A stretch of 60,512 nucleotides of DNA from NCBI GenBank assembly GCA_903839975.1, contig CAIMEH010000027.1, positions 1-60,512 of the forward strand. The letters run 5' to 3'. Both the position numbers and the translations under genes were made by a program. Origin of the DNA: an uncultured Candidatus Berkelbacteria bacterium (GTDB lineage: Bacteria; Patescibacteriota; UBA1384; 2-12-FULL-50-11). The notes under the pieces are model-generated. The model made no database searches. It was not told the origin of the DNA and was given only the letters and a program-made list of their open reading frames with translations. Shown piece by piece: positions 18,935 through 28,991 of the stretch; the first letter of the stretch is position 1, and each line of letters starts with the position of its first letter.

Positions 18935-20321
18935 ACCCGAGCCAAAGTCCATATATTTTGTTGGAATCAAAGGAGTGGCAATGGCTGGTATGGCGGTTAT
19001 GGCTACTCAGCTAGGTTACGAGGTAAAGGGTAGCGATACCGCCGAAACATTTCCAACCGATGAGATGCTCGATCATCATAAAATTGAATATTTCGAAGGA
19101 TTTAATGCCGATCACTTAAAATACAAACCAGACCTAGTAGTTATCTCTGCGGCTTACGGTTTAACTAATCCAGAAGTGAAAGCAGCCAAAAATTTGCGAC
19201 TAACAACCTTATCGCAATCGGATCTTCTAGGAAAGTTCATGGAAAAATTTGAAGGTATTGGCGTGGCTGGAGTCCATGGCAAGACAACAACATCGGCAAT
19301 GCTAACATTAATTCTAAAAGACGCAGGTTTTAGCCCAAGCTATATGATTGGTACCGGATCTGTTTCCGGGCTAGAAGATGCTGCTCATATTGGCGATGGT
19401 CAATTTTTTGTGGCTGAAGCCGACGAGTATAGAAAGTCCGATTTAGTAAATACGCCAAAATTCTTAGATCTTCCACTTCAGCACGTTATTATTACCAGCA
19501 TCGAACTCGATCATCCAGACGTCTATGCTACTGCCGAGCAGGTTTACAATGTTTTCTATCAGCTTTCAGCTAAAATTCCACGTGGCGGCAATATTATTGC
19601 CTGTGCCGATTGGCCGCTAGTTCGCCGGCTTATCAGTCGCCGAGCCGACCGACCTTGTTTAACATATGGTTTCGATCAAAGCGCTAACTACCAAATTGTT
19701 GATTTTGAAGAAGGTAAAGAAGTTACATTCAAACTTAAAAATGGCGAAGAAACTTATGGGCCATTTAAGCTGAAATTGCCCGGCAAGCATAATGCTCTTA
19801 ATGCTGCCGCTGCTGCTTTAATGGCAAATAAACTGGGGGTTTCGTGGGAAGTAATAATTAAATCATTGTCCGACTTTGTTGGTGCGAAACGTCGTTTTGA
19901 ATTTTTGGGTGAATTTAACGGTGCTGAAGTTTACGACGATTACGCCCATCATCCCACAGCCTTAACTTACCTATTAGATTCGGCTCACCGAAGGTTCGAG
20001 GGCAAAAGAATTGTATTGGTTTTCCAGCCGCATACTTATAGCCGAACTGGCAAACTTTTGAAGGAATTTGCTCAAAGTCTAAAAACAGCCGACAAATTAA
20101 TTTTGCTAAATATCTGGGCCTCGGCAAGAGAGAAGAGCGGCTACGTTACAATTAAAGATCTTATCGATGAGACTAAAAAATATAATCCCCACGTTGAATA
20201 TCGCCCAACTTTAACTGAAGTCGCCACCTACTTAAAAAGTTTTGTTACCGAGAAAGATGTAGTTTTACTAGTAGGAGCGGGCGATGTCTACAAAGTTTAC
20301 GACCAACTCGCTTCAGAGTAA
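18921..20321 (+). CDS. murC: UDP-MurNAc--L-Ala ligase
   Basis: GIKGVAM, GVHGKTTT, EADEY, DDYAHHP, FQPHTYSRT. Confidence 0.95.
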   Translation: MAKAKPEPKSIYFVGIKGVAMAGMAVMATQLGYEVKGSDTAETFPTDEMLDHHKIEYFEGFNADHLKYKPDLVVISAAYGLTNPEVKAAKNLRLTTLSQSDLLGKFMEKFEGIGVAGVHGKTTTSAMLTLILKDAGFSPSYMIGTGSVSGLEDAAHIGDGQFFVAEADEYRKSDLVNTPKFLDLPLQHVIITSIELDHPDVYATAEQVYNVFYQLSAKIPRGGNIIACADWPLVRRLISRRADRPCLTYGFDQSANYQIVDFEEGKEVTFKLKNGEETYGPFKLKLPGKHNALNAAAAALMANKLGVSWEVIIKSLSDFVGAKRRFEFLGEFNGAEVYDDYAHHPTALTYLLDSAHRRFEGKRIVLVFQPHTYSRTGKLLKEFAQSLKTADKLILLNIWASAREKSGYVTIKDLIDETKKYNPHVEYRPTLTEVATYLKSFVTEKDVVLLVGAGDVYKVYDQLASE

Positions 20322-21273
20322 TCCGCTTTCGGACAAGCTCCGAGAGATTTTTGATGAAGATCGCTATTTCCGCCACGAAAATATCGGCAAGTATTTAATT
20401 AATGGTCTCGGCGGTACGGCCGAACATTTAGTTCTGGCTCAAAATACCGGCGACTTAGTAGAGGCTGCTAAGGCGGCTATCGCTAATAAAAAACCATATA
20501 TCGTTATTGCTCACGGGACTGGATCGTTAGTTAGCGAGATCGGATTTCCGGGTTTGGTAATAATCAATCAAACTACCAATATGGTATTTCCGCCCGACAA
20601 AAGTGAGGCGATTGTCGATTCCGGAGTTAGTAATTCAGAGCTGGTAAATTTATTGGCAAGTCGCGGTTACGGCGGCTTAGAATTTTTAGCTGGAATTCCT
20701 GGAACGATTGGCGGCGCAGTTGCTACCGGGGCCGAAAGGCATGGCCAAAAAGTATTGAGCTACGTTAAGGAAATAATTTTGTTTATGCCCGAAAAAGAAG
20801 ATGGCAAAGTTATGACTATTAAAACCAGCGAGCTGCCAAAACGAGATAATAAATTGCTTTTTAGTTCATTTGAAAGCCCGCCGATAATCTTAGGTGTAAG
20901 GCTACAGCTGGCCAAAATTACCGAGCCGGAGATAATGCGGCGGTTAAAACTTGTTCGCAAGGAAATAGACGTCAGGAATACTTTTGGCCGATTTGGTCAT
21001 TATCTCTACCCTGAAATTATTTCTCACGACATTTCTCTAAAAGACTTAATGAGATTACCGCTGCCAAAAGGAATTAAAATTGATCACAAAAATCCGGATA
21101 TTCTTTATTATTCACAAATAAATACGCCGGGGGAGATTCGCCAAGCAATCGAAGCAGTTGGCGATTTCATGCGCCAAAACGGCTGCACTCTTGAACAAGC
21201 AATAGTTTATCTGGGATACTGGCCAAGCAGGGAGGAAAATTCAACAGACTCGACGGACACCGAAAGTTTTTAA
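20284..21273 (+). CDS. murB: Divergent MurB homologue
   Basis: GLEFLAGIPGTIGGA FAD-domain motif, follows murC; C-terminal catalytic motifs not recognisable. Confidence 0.75.
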   Translation: MSTKFTTNSLQSNPLSDKLREIFDEDRYFRHENIGKYLINGLGGTAEHLVLAQNTGDLVEAAKAAIANKKPYIVIAHGTGSLVSEIGFPGLVIINQTTNMVFPPDKSEAIVDSGVSNSELVNLLASRGYGGLEFLAGIPGTIGGAVATGAERHGQKVLSYVKEIILFMPEKEDGKVMTIKTSELPKRDNKLLFSSFESPPIILGVRLQLAKITEPEIMRRLKLVRKEIDVRNTFGRFGHYLYPEIISHDISLKDLMRLPLPKGIKIDHKNPDILYYSQINTPGEIRQAIEAVGDFMRQNGCTLEQAIVYLGYWPSREENSTDSTDTESF

Positions 21274-21325
21274 TTCCAACTACCGGCCACCAAAGAAGAT
21301 CGATTGGAGCCAGTATAAATCGTTA

Positions 21326-22024
21326 ATGCCTTTGGTTTGGCTACTGATAATTGTTGTTGTGGTTTACGGTATCTTCCACTTGCCATTTTTTTCTATAAAA
21401 CAGGTTCAGATAATCGGCAACGCCAACAGTTCTACGGTTACTTCGCTTGATAGTTTGATAGGTACCACAATTTTCTCACACTCGGTAACTACCAATATCG
21501 ATCACATAAAAAACGCCGACTTAACTATCGACACTTTGGATTGTAGAAAGGGGATACCAAGCACTCTTCGCTGTACGGTTACGTATCGCTCACCGTCGAT
21601 CATTTGGAAACGTGGCGACAATCAATTTTTGGTTGATAGCGACGGCTTTGTCTACGCGCCCAAAATCGCTGATAGCACAGTACTAATGGTTGATGACCGA
21701 ACTCAGCTTGATGTAAAAGTTGGCACAACGGTAGCCGATTCGGATATTATAGGCGCCTATCAAAGCATTAAAGACGAACTAACAAAACGTGGATTTACGG
21801 TCACTAATTTATTTGTAGCCGATGCCTTGCAGCAAGTTGGCGCCATCGTTACTGGTAATGACACCCTAAACTGGCATCCAGCTACGCCAATTAATTTTCT
21901 GTTGGTAACCAGCTATCCAATCTCGTCACAGGCCGATATTCTACAGACAACCGTCCAAACAAAAGCCCCACAGATCACCAATCGAGTTGACGTACGTGTG
22001 CCTGGTTACGTATACATTAAGTAA
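21326..22024 (+). CDS. FtsQ/DivIB-like protein (true start may be upstream)
   Basis: N-terminal TM, POTRA-like FFSIKQVQIIG, C-terminal VDVRVPG; dcw position. Confidence 0.72.
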   Translation: MPLVWLLIIVVVVYGIFHLPFFSIKQVQIIGNANSSTVTSLDSLIGTTIFSHSVTTNIDHIKNADLTIDTLDCRKGIPSTLRCTVTYRSPSIIWKRGDNQFLVDSDGFVYAPKIADSTVLMVDDRTQLDVKVGTTVADSDIIGAYQSIKDELTKRGFTVTNLFVADALQQVGAIVTGNDTLNWHPATPINFLLVTSYPISSQADILQTTVQTKAPQITNRVDVRVPGYVYIK

Positions 22025-23664
22025 TGCCAGCTAAGTGGACGGTTGCCGAGCGTCAGAGCGACGATTTACTTGAACATCTCTGTTTATTGCGTGGTTTTAA
22101 TTCGAAGAATTTAGAACCCAATTATGAAACGCAGCTACATGATCCGTATCTTCTGCCGGATATGAAAAAAGCAGTTGATCTGATCAAGCAGGCCAAGAAA
22201 GAGAAGTGGCCAACGATAATATTCGGCGATTACGATGCTGATGGCACGCCGGCTTCAGTGGTCTTGTCGACGATTTGCAAGCGTTTAGAGATTCCGTTTG
22301 AAGTTGTCCTGCCGACACGCTCTGAAGGCTACGGGCTAACCAAAGAGGCGATTGAAAAATTACCAACCAATACCAAACTACTTATTACGGTGGATACTGG
22401 TGTCACCGCAGTTAATGAAATAAAGCTGGCAAAAGAAAAAGACATAAAAGTAATTGTCCTCGACCACCACCTACCCAAGGATAAATTGCCAATCGCCGAT
22501 GCGCTTGTTGATCCGTTCGTTCCCGGCAGTAAGTATCCGTTCAACGGTCTCTGTGGCTGCGCCTTGGCCTACAAGTTGGCCGTAGCGCTAGCCAAAGAAT
22601 TCCCGGCGGAGATAACCGAAGCCTTTCAGAAATGGCTCTTGGATCTAGTGGCAATCTCGACGGTGGCTGATATGATGCCGATCGTCGACGAGAATCGCAC
22701 GCTGGTGCATTTCGGCTTGCAAGTGATGAGCCATAACCGCCGGCCAGGGCTACGGGCTTTATTTGAACAAGCGGCCCTAAAAAGCGACTCGCTCTCATCG
22801 GGAAATTTGGGTTTTGCGATTGGCCCAAGGTTAAACGCCGCTGGCCGAATGGGCGATAACCGCCCGGCCTACGAACTACTATTTGCCGAAGATTATATCG
22901 AGGCGGGGAAGTGGGCGTTAGAAGTTGAAAAAGCCAACTGGAAACGTCAGCAATTAGTCGAAAAAGTTTTGGCAGAAGTCGAAAAAGTAGTTTTTACTCA
23001 AAACAAAGAAGACGACAGATGTTTGGTGGTGGTGGGTGACGACTGGCCAAGTGGCGTGCTCGGCTTAGCCGCCGGCAAACTTACCGGCAAATATTTCCGT
23101 CCATCAATCGTCCTAACTAAAAGAGGTGATTCGCTTTCTGGTAGCGCTAGATCAATTGGCGAGTATTCAATTATAGATGGCCTAACTAGCCAGGAAAGAT
23201 TCCTAGAGAGATTTGGTGGCCACAATCAAGCCGCTGGCGTAAGTTTACTTACCGCAAACTTGCCAAAATTTGTAGATGGCCTTAAGGCGCACGCCGCGAC
23301 GATTCTTTCGCTGGAAGATCTAGTGCCAACGTATAAAGCCGATGCGGTTTTGCGCAGCGACGAGATCGGTCTAAAGACTGCTGAGATGCTAGAAAAATTA
23401 GAACCGTTTGGACTGCAAAATAACCAACCACTTTTTGTCATTGAAGGCGTGAAATTAGGTAAACCAAAACCGATGGGCAAGAACGGCGATCATCTAAAAT
23501 GGTTCGGCAAAAAAGATCAAACTGAACTGGAAATTGTTGGTTTTGGTATGAATAAAAGATTCACCGAAAATCCACTCGAAACGGCTGACTTGCTTGGCAA
23601 TATCGAAGCCAATCGCTGGAACGGCACTACTCGCTTGCAAATGAAGCTTGTGGACTATAGATAA
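22024..23664 (+). CDS. recJ: ssDNA exonuclease RecJ
   Basis: GDYDADG, DHH, PRLNAAGR, GSARS, GGHNQAAG. Confidence 0.95.
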   Translation: MPAKWTVAERQSDDLLEHLCLLRGFNSKNLEPNYETQLHDPYLLPDMKKAVDLIKQAKKEKWPTIIFGDYDADGTPASVVLSTICKRLEIPFEVVLPTRSEGYGLTKEAIEKLPTNTKLLITVDTGVTAVNEIKLAKEKDIKVIVLDHHLPKDKLPIADALVDPFVPGSKYPFNGLCGCALAYKLAVALAKEFPAEITEAFQKWLLDLVAISTVADMMPIVDENRTLVHFGLQVMSHNRRPGLRALFEQAALKSDSLSSGNLGFAIGPRLNAAGRMGDNRPAYELLFAEDYIEAGKWALEVEKANWKRQQLVEKVLAEVEKVVFTQNKEDDRCLVVVGDDWPSGVLGLAAGKLTGKYFRPSIVLTKRGDSLSGSARSIGEYSIIDGLTSQERFLERFGGHNQAAGVSLLTANLPKFVDGLKAHAATILSLEDLVPTYKADAVLRSDEIGLKTAEMLEKLEPFGLQNNQPLFVIEGVKLGKPKPMGKNGDHLKWFGKKDQTELEIVGFGMNKRFTENPLETADLLGNIEANRWNGTTRLQMKLVDYR

Positions 23665-23975
23665 CGAAAAATCCGGCCGTACCTAATGGTCGTGCCGGAG
23701 TATTATTGTTGAGCAAGTACTACCTGCCTTCCTCGTCTCAACTACTGTTCAGGCCTAGATCGCTTTGTGATCTTACCACACTTCCTAGGGGAGTGAGGCC
23801 AGTTTTGTTTAGCGCACACAGTTTAGTGCGTTCTGGGGCTTTTCCAAGTACAGCGGATCCTACCTAGTAGCAACCACTTTGGGTCACACCCCTCTCGGGG
23901 CTCTCGTTCACGAGAGTTTACTAGTCTTGTTCCGTGTTACCTATGCAGGCAGTGAGAAGTCTTTTTATAATGTGC
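23665..23975 (-). ncRNA. Candidate ~300-nt structured ncRNA with own promoter and terminator
   Basis: TTGACA-17-CATAAT (24010-23982), terminator CCGGC...GCCGG+TTTTT (23666-23698), nested stems, no ORF. Confidence 0.6.
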
Positions 23976-24053
23976 GGGATTATTATGGCATATTTTGTAA
24001 TAAATGTCAATACTTACTTGTCATTTTTTTACGTTAATGGCATGTTAATTTTA

Positions 24054-25358
24054 ATGGCAAAGGCAAAGTCACATTTTGTATGCAATAGTTGCGGGGCTAA
24101 TTTTACCCAGTGGTCGGGCAAGTGTCCGGTTTGCGGTGAGTGGAATACGATCACTGAAGAAGTACCGGAAGAGATTATTGCTGCTAGCCGAAGCGGGGAG
24201 AGCGATGCCAAACCAGTTGAGCTACTTAAAGTTTCTCAGTTGCCAACCCAAAACGCTAAACGACTGAAAACTGGCATGGAGGAGTTTGACCGAATTTTGG
24301 GGAGCGATGATCCCGGCATTGTGGCTGGCTCGATTATTTTAATGGCCGGAAATCCGGGTGTCGGCAAAAGTACGCTCTTGCTCCAAGTAGCCAGCACAAT
24401 CAAAGACGCCTTGTATTTTTCCGCCGAAGAATCTTTGGAGCAGATACGTATGCGAGCCTACCGCTTAGGCATCGAAAAATCCGGTTTTCGGTTAGCCTCG
24501 GAAAGAAATTTAAATAAAATTATCGCCACTATCAAGGCAGAAAAGCCTTCATTTGTGGTAATCGACTCGATTCAAACAGTTTACGACGACACAATTACTG
24601 GCACGCCTGGTTCACTGATTCAAGTTCGTGATAACTGCTGGCGATTACAGCAACTGGCCAAAATTACCGGCGTGGCAATTCTGGTAGTCGGCCACGTTAC
24701 CAAAGAAGGTGTGGTGGCTGGCCCACGAGTAATGGAACACCTAGTTGATGCCGTAATGTATCTGGAGGGCGAGAAACGAACTGGTTTGCGCTTACTTCGC
24801 TGCGACAAAAACCGTTTCGGCTCCACCGAAGAAGTTGGCATCTGGCAGCTAACTAGCAAGGGCTACCTGCCGGTCAAGGACCCGGGTACGCTCTTCGCCC
24901 AGCTCGTAACCGAAAATATCCCCGGCCGGGCCTTAGCGATAGCTATAGAGGGCAGCAGGGCGTTTGTGGTGGAGATCCAGGCGCTGGTGGCCAAGACTTC
25001 GTTCGGTTATCCGAAACGAACGGCCCAGGGAATAGATACAAATCGCTTAGCATTGTTGCTAGCTGTTTTAGAGAACCAGCTCGGACTAAAATTCAGCGAG
25101 TACGATGTTTATATAAATGTCGTCGGTGGATTTACCCTAAAAGATCCAGGAACAGATTTGGCAGTAGCTGCGGCAGTAATCTCCGGCCTAACCAGAAAAC
25201 CATTAGACAATAAATTGATTCTCGTCGGCGAAATCGGCTTGCTCGGTGAGGTTCGCCCAGCATTAGAACACTTGAAGCGCGTTAAAGAAGCTAAAAGATT
25301 AAACTACGAAACCAATCGTGGCATTCGGACACTTCAAGATTTGAAGAAATTGTTCTAA
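24054..25358 (+). CDS. radA: DNA repair protein RadA/Sms
   Basis: C4 zinc finger, GNPGVGKST, KNRFG, Lon-like C-terminus; start moved to ATG 24054. Confidence 0.96.
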   Translation: MAKAKSHFVCNSCGANFTQWSGKCPVCGEWNTITEEVPEEIIAASRSGESDAKPVELLKVSQLPTQNAKRLKTGMEEFDRILGSDDPGIVAGSIILMAGNPGVGKSTLLLQVASTIKDALYFSAEESLEQIRMRAYRLGIEKSGFRLASERNLNKIIATIKAEKPSFVVIDSIQTVYDDTITGTPGSLIQVRDNCWRLQQLAKITGVAILVVGHVTKEGVVAGPRVMEHLVDAVMYLEGEKRTGLRLLRCDKNRFGSTEEVGIWQLTSKGYLPVKDPGTLFAQLVTENIPGRALAIAIEGSRAFVVEIQALVAKTSFGYPKRTAQGIDTNRLALLLAVLENQLGLKFSEYDVYINVVGGFTLKDPGTDLAVAAAVISGLTRKPLDNKLILVGEIGLLGEVRPALEHLKRVKEAKRLNYETNRGIRTLQDLKKLF

Positions 25359-25375
25359 TTTTTTGCCCGCGCTAG

Positions 25376-25987
25376 TTAGCGCGGGCAGGTGAGCTGAGCA
25401 AAATACTCAACTATTTCAGGCCAGTTTAGTCTTGGTATATCAGGGCTTAAATCGCCCAACAGACATTCGTTCCACTTATGACGGAAGCAGATTGGTTTTA
25501 TCGTTGGGTGATCCCAGTCGATGAATTCATGTGGATTGTCATCGATTAACGCAATTGCTCCAATTTCATTAGCGATGTCTATCTTCGATCTCATGCCAAG
25601 ATTGCCATACGGGTTGCCACTACCGCTTGCGTAGATAACACGGTAATCCTTATGGTATCTGCTTAGCCAAACTTCGGCTGGCTCGTCAAAGATTTGGTTA
25701 CGGGAAGTGGTGATAACTATTTCGTAGTCTCTCTCGAGGATTGATGAGTTCTCGAGAGACCCTTCGATAGGGTTAGTGTTTTGACAGATACGGTGACGAA
25801 TAGTTGAATTGTTGATTATCAAATCGAACTTTGATTTTTCTAAGCCAAGGCCGATGAGAATATCGTGGTCGGTATTATCTTCTACTCTAAATTTAGTTCC
25901 AAACATTGAGTTGTAGGTAAGAACAAGTTGTTCAAACCAATGAGAATAAACACCGTCCATATCACAGGCGATTATTGGTTTTTGCAA
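25376..25987 (-). CDS. HAD-superfamily hydrolase, 5'(3')-deoxyribonucleotidase-like
   Basis: DMDGV motif I, TSR motif II, K, IDD motif IV. Confidence 0.8.
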   Translation of the reverse strand: MQKPIIACDMDGVYSHWFEQLVLTYNSMFGTKFRVEDNTDHDILIGLGLEKSKFDLIINNSTIRHRICQNTNPIEGSLENSSILERDYEIVITTSRNQIFDEPAEVWLSRYHKDYRVIYASGSGNPYGNLGMRSKIDIANEIGAIALIDDNPHEFIDWDHPTIKPICFRHKWNECLLGDLSPDIPRLNWPEIVEYFAQLTCPR

Positions 25988-26048
25988 GGTACGTCTTCCT
26001 CCTGAAAAGATTCCCTAGATTGTAACTGGCAAGTGTCGTATTCGCAAA

Positions 26049-28910
26049 TTACGGTGCGGTCAGGACTACGGTGACGCCAGATGATTCGTTGCCGGAAGTA
26101 TCTACAGATTTAGCAATAAAACGATAGGCAGTGCCAGAGGTTAGCCCTGAAATAACAGTGCTTTGGCCGGGAGCGGGAATAGTAACGGTGTTAACTAAAG
26201 AATTGTTACTATCTTTATAGATATAAATTTTTACCAAACTGAAATCTGAGTTGTTTGGGTTGGTCCAGCTTAAGCTTACTTTACCGCTACCAGGTCCGGT
26301 GTTGCCGGCATAGCCAGTAATGTTATTTGGAGGCGTAATATCTGTGGAGGTGTTTACAGTAATCTGGGTAGACGAGGTTGATCCGTTATTACTGGTGACC
26401 GTAGCTGAGATTATATGTGATCCAGCTGAAAGATTGGCGGAGTTGTAGCTTGTTGCGTAAGGGGCGCTGGTTACTGTGGCTATCGAGACATTATCGATAT
26501 AGAACTGGACACTGGCAACACCGCTTGGCGCTGAAGCGCTTGCGTTAATATTGAATGTACCATTTACTGTCGATCCACCCGACGGTGAGGTAATCGCCAC
26601 CGTTGGTTCGGTCGAAGCATCGGCGCTGCACTTAGCGGTCGGTGGGGCATTGTTGAGTCCGTTAGCTGCTGCCCAAGCCCGAACTGGATTCTCCCAGTTT
26701 GGATTGTTTGGCATCTCGGAGTGAACGTAAGCGTAGGTCACAATCGTTGCCAGGGCGTCAGGAATACTACTGTCGGCTAGTAAACCATTTTCCTTACAGA
26801 CACGTACTTGCTGGTGAACGTCGTCGGAAGCGGTTGGCACCTGCCAGCTGGCAAAAATATCGGTGGTTACATCGGAACCAGGTACTGGAAGTTTATTCGA
26901 AAGCTTATCGACGGTCACGGTTTGAATTCCTGGTGGCTGAGTAAAGTTAGCGGCTGGTTTGCCGTTTTCAAGATTGGTCATAATATCGCGCCACAACGGA
27001 GCAGCGGCGACGGCACCGATCGATTTATTTTTCATGCTGGAGTTGTCGTGGTTACCAGCCCAAACAGCAGTGACGTAATCTGGTGTATAGCCAACAGTCC
27101 AAGCATCGCGATAGTCGTTGGAGGTTCCAGTCTTGGTAGCCGATGGTCGGCCAGTTAACGACAGCATTCCCAAAACGTTGGCAAATTCTGGTTTTTTAGC
27201 ATTAAGGTCGGCTAAGACGTTGGTAATCTCGTAGGCAATCTGAGGATCGAGCACCTGTTTGCCTTGCGGTGGAGTGGTATTGTCGATAATTGTTTTGCCG
27301 CTGGTATCGGTCATTTTTAGAACTGGTGAGATTGGTACCAGAACGCCGTTGTTGGCGAACACGCCATATGCCCCAGCCATCTCCAAAGGAGTTACTGAGC
27401 CACTACCAAGAGCTAGCGACAGGCCGTAACTGTCAGCGCTTTGTAGGGTAGTTATACCCAAATCTTGGGCGGTTTTCAGGACGTTATCGACTCCAGAAAT
27501 GCCAGTGGCTTTTACGGCAGGGATGTTGAGTGAGTTACCCAAAGCTTGGCGAATTGTTAGCGGACCATGATAAGTTCCGTCGTAGTTTACAGGTATATAA
27601 CCGCCGCCAAAATCAGTTTTTAAGTCGAATAATGTGCTGGCAGGATCGTAGGGGCCCTTAAATAATGTGGCGTAGTCGATTGGTTTAAACGACGAACCTG
27701 GCTGGTGTCCGGCGGTGGTGACGTTGAAGGTACCAAAGCCTGGTTGGTAGTAGTTGATAGAGCCAACCATCACTAAAATCTGGCCGGTTTTAGGATCGAT
27801 TGAAACGGCACCAGCATCATCGGCACCAGCTCGTTTTAAGGTTGCGCCGGCTTCGGTGGCCATATTTGCTTCAGCTAATTTTTGCTGAGCGAGATCGAGA
27901 GTGGTCGTAACGGAAAAACCGCCTTGCTCAACTTTCTGCTCGGCCAAAGTGGCGTCACCAAGCTGTTGGGTAAAGTAATCTACTAGCCATTGCTTAACGT
28001 ATAACACGAAATGCGGTGCGGTAATCGATGCACTTTGGGGTTGAACAGTTAGGGCATCTTTTTTAGCAACGTCTGCCTGGGCTTGAGTGATATAACCAAG
28101 CTGAGCCATCGAATCAAGGGCGTAGTTACGACGAGTTAGAAGGGCATCGGTATGAGCACCGTAAGGCGACAGTGTACTTGGAGCCTGAGGTAAGGCAGCC
28201 AAGGTAGCGGCCTGTGACAAAGTTAAATCTTTGGCCTGTTTGCCGAAGTAGGCTTCACTGGCGGCTTCGATACCGTAGTTATTGCCGCCGTAACCAATTT
28301 CATTCAAGTACATATCCAGAATCTGTTGCTTACTATAAAGAGCATCAACCTCAACTGCCAAAATCACTTCTTTGATTTTACGGATGTAGTTTTTGTTGGT
28401 GTCGTTTAAAATTGCTAAACGAACGTACTGTTGGGTAATTGTAGAACCACCCTGAGCTTTACTGCCGCGGAATACGTCTACATATATAGAGCGAATAATT
28501 CCTTTGATATCGACGCCGGGATTGTTATAGAAAGTTCGATCTTCGAGGGAGATTGTTGCCTGTTTAGCGATATCGGGAATTTGGTTGTCGTCAATAATAA
28601 TTCTCTTCTCGGCACCGGAAATGGTGTAGAGTTCCTGGCCGTTGCGGTCGTAGAGTCTGGTAGAGCCGGCTTGAGTTAGGCTTTTTATCTTGCCCGGTGT
28701 TGGCAAATCTTTGGCGAACCAAGCAAAAAGAAAGATAGCAATTATCAGAAAGCTACCGAAACCCCAAAGGCAAATTTTGCCAAACTGCTTCCAGTTCCAC
28801 TTAAATTTTTTCGGGTGCGAAAAAAGACTTTTCTGAATTTTGGTTAGATTAACAGGATTAGAAAAAGGGGACTTGAAGCGAAATTTAAACCGAAACGGCT
28901 TTTTGAACAT
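26049..28910 (-). CDS. Class A penicillin-binding protein with C-terminal Ig-like and FN3-like domains
   Basis: EDRTFY, GGSTITQQ, RKIKE (transglycosylase); SSFK, SLN, KTG (transpeptidase); beta-rich Ser/Thr tail. Confidence 0.93.
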   Translation of the reverse strand: MFKKPFRFKFRFKSPFSNPVNLTKIQKSLFSHPKKFKWNWKQFGKICLWGFGSFLIIAIFLFAWFAKDLPTPGKIKSLTQAGSTRLYDRNGQELYTISGAEKRIIIDDNQIPDIAKQATISLEDRTFYNNPGVDIKGIIRSIYVDVFRGSKAQGGSTITQQYVRLAILNDTNKNYIRKIKEVILAVEVDALYSKQQILDMYLNEIGYGGNNYGIEAASEAYFGKQAKDLTLSQAATLAALPQAPSTLSPYGAHTDALLTRRNYALDSMAQLGYITQAQADVAKKDALTVQPQSASITAPHFVLYVKQWLVDYFTQQLGDATLAEQKVEQGGFSVTTTLDLAQQKLAEANMATEAGATLKRAGADDAGAVSIDPKTGQILVMVGSINYYQPGFGTFNVTTAGHQPGSSFKPIDYATLFKGPYDPASTLFDLKTDFGGGYIPVNYDGTYHGPLTIRQALGNSLNIPAVKATGISGVDNVLKTAQDLGITTLQSADSYGLSLALGSGSVTPLEMAGAYGVFANNGVLVPISPVLKMTDTSGKTIIDNTTPPQGKQVLDPQIAYEITNVLADLNAKKPEFANVLGMLSLTGRPSATKTGTSNDYRDAWTVGYTPDYVTAVWAGNHDNSSMKNKSIGAVAAAPLWRDIMTNLENGKPAANFTQPPGIQTVTVDKLSNKLPVPGSDVTTDIFASWQVPTASDDVHQQVRVCKENGLLADSSIPDALATIVTYAYVHSEMPNNPNWENPVRAWAAANGLNNAPPTAKCSADASTEPTVAITSPSGGSTVNGTFNINASASAPSGVASVQFYIDNVSIATVTSAPYATSYNSANLSAGSHIISATVTSNNGSTSSTQITVNTSTDITPPNNITGYAGNTGPGSGKVSLSWTNPNNSDFSLVKIYIYKDSNNSLVNTVTIPAPGQSTVISGLTSGTAYRFIAKSVDTSGNESSGVTVVLTAP

Positions 28911-28991
28911 TGTCTGTAATATCTATTGTAACAGTTTTTTGCCGTTTTTCGTCAAGTTGGACACCGGGTTCCAACAGGGTATACTCGATTT

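Noticed and set aside
23934-24053. N-terminal extension of radA in the ORF track (similar for rsmH, murG, dprA, recR, pilin, zinc-ribbon gene)
   Set aside because: Extensions cover promoter or neighbouring-gene sequence; family homology starts at the downstream ATG
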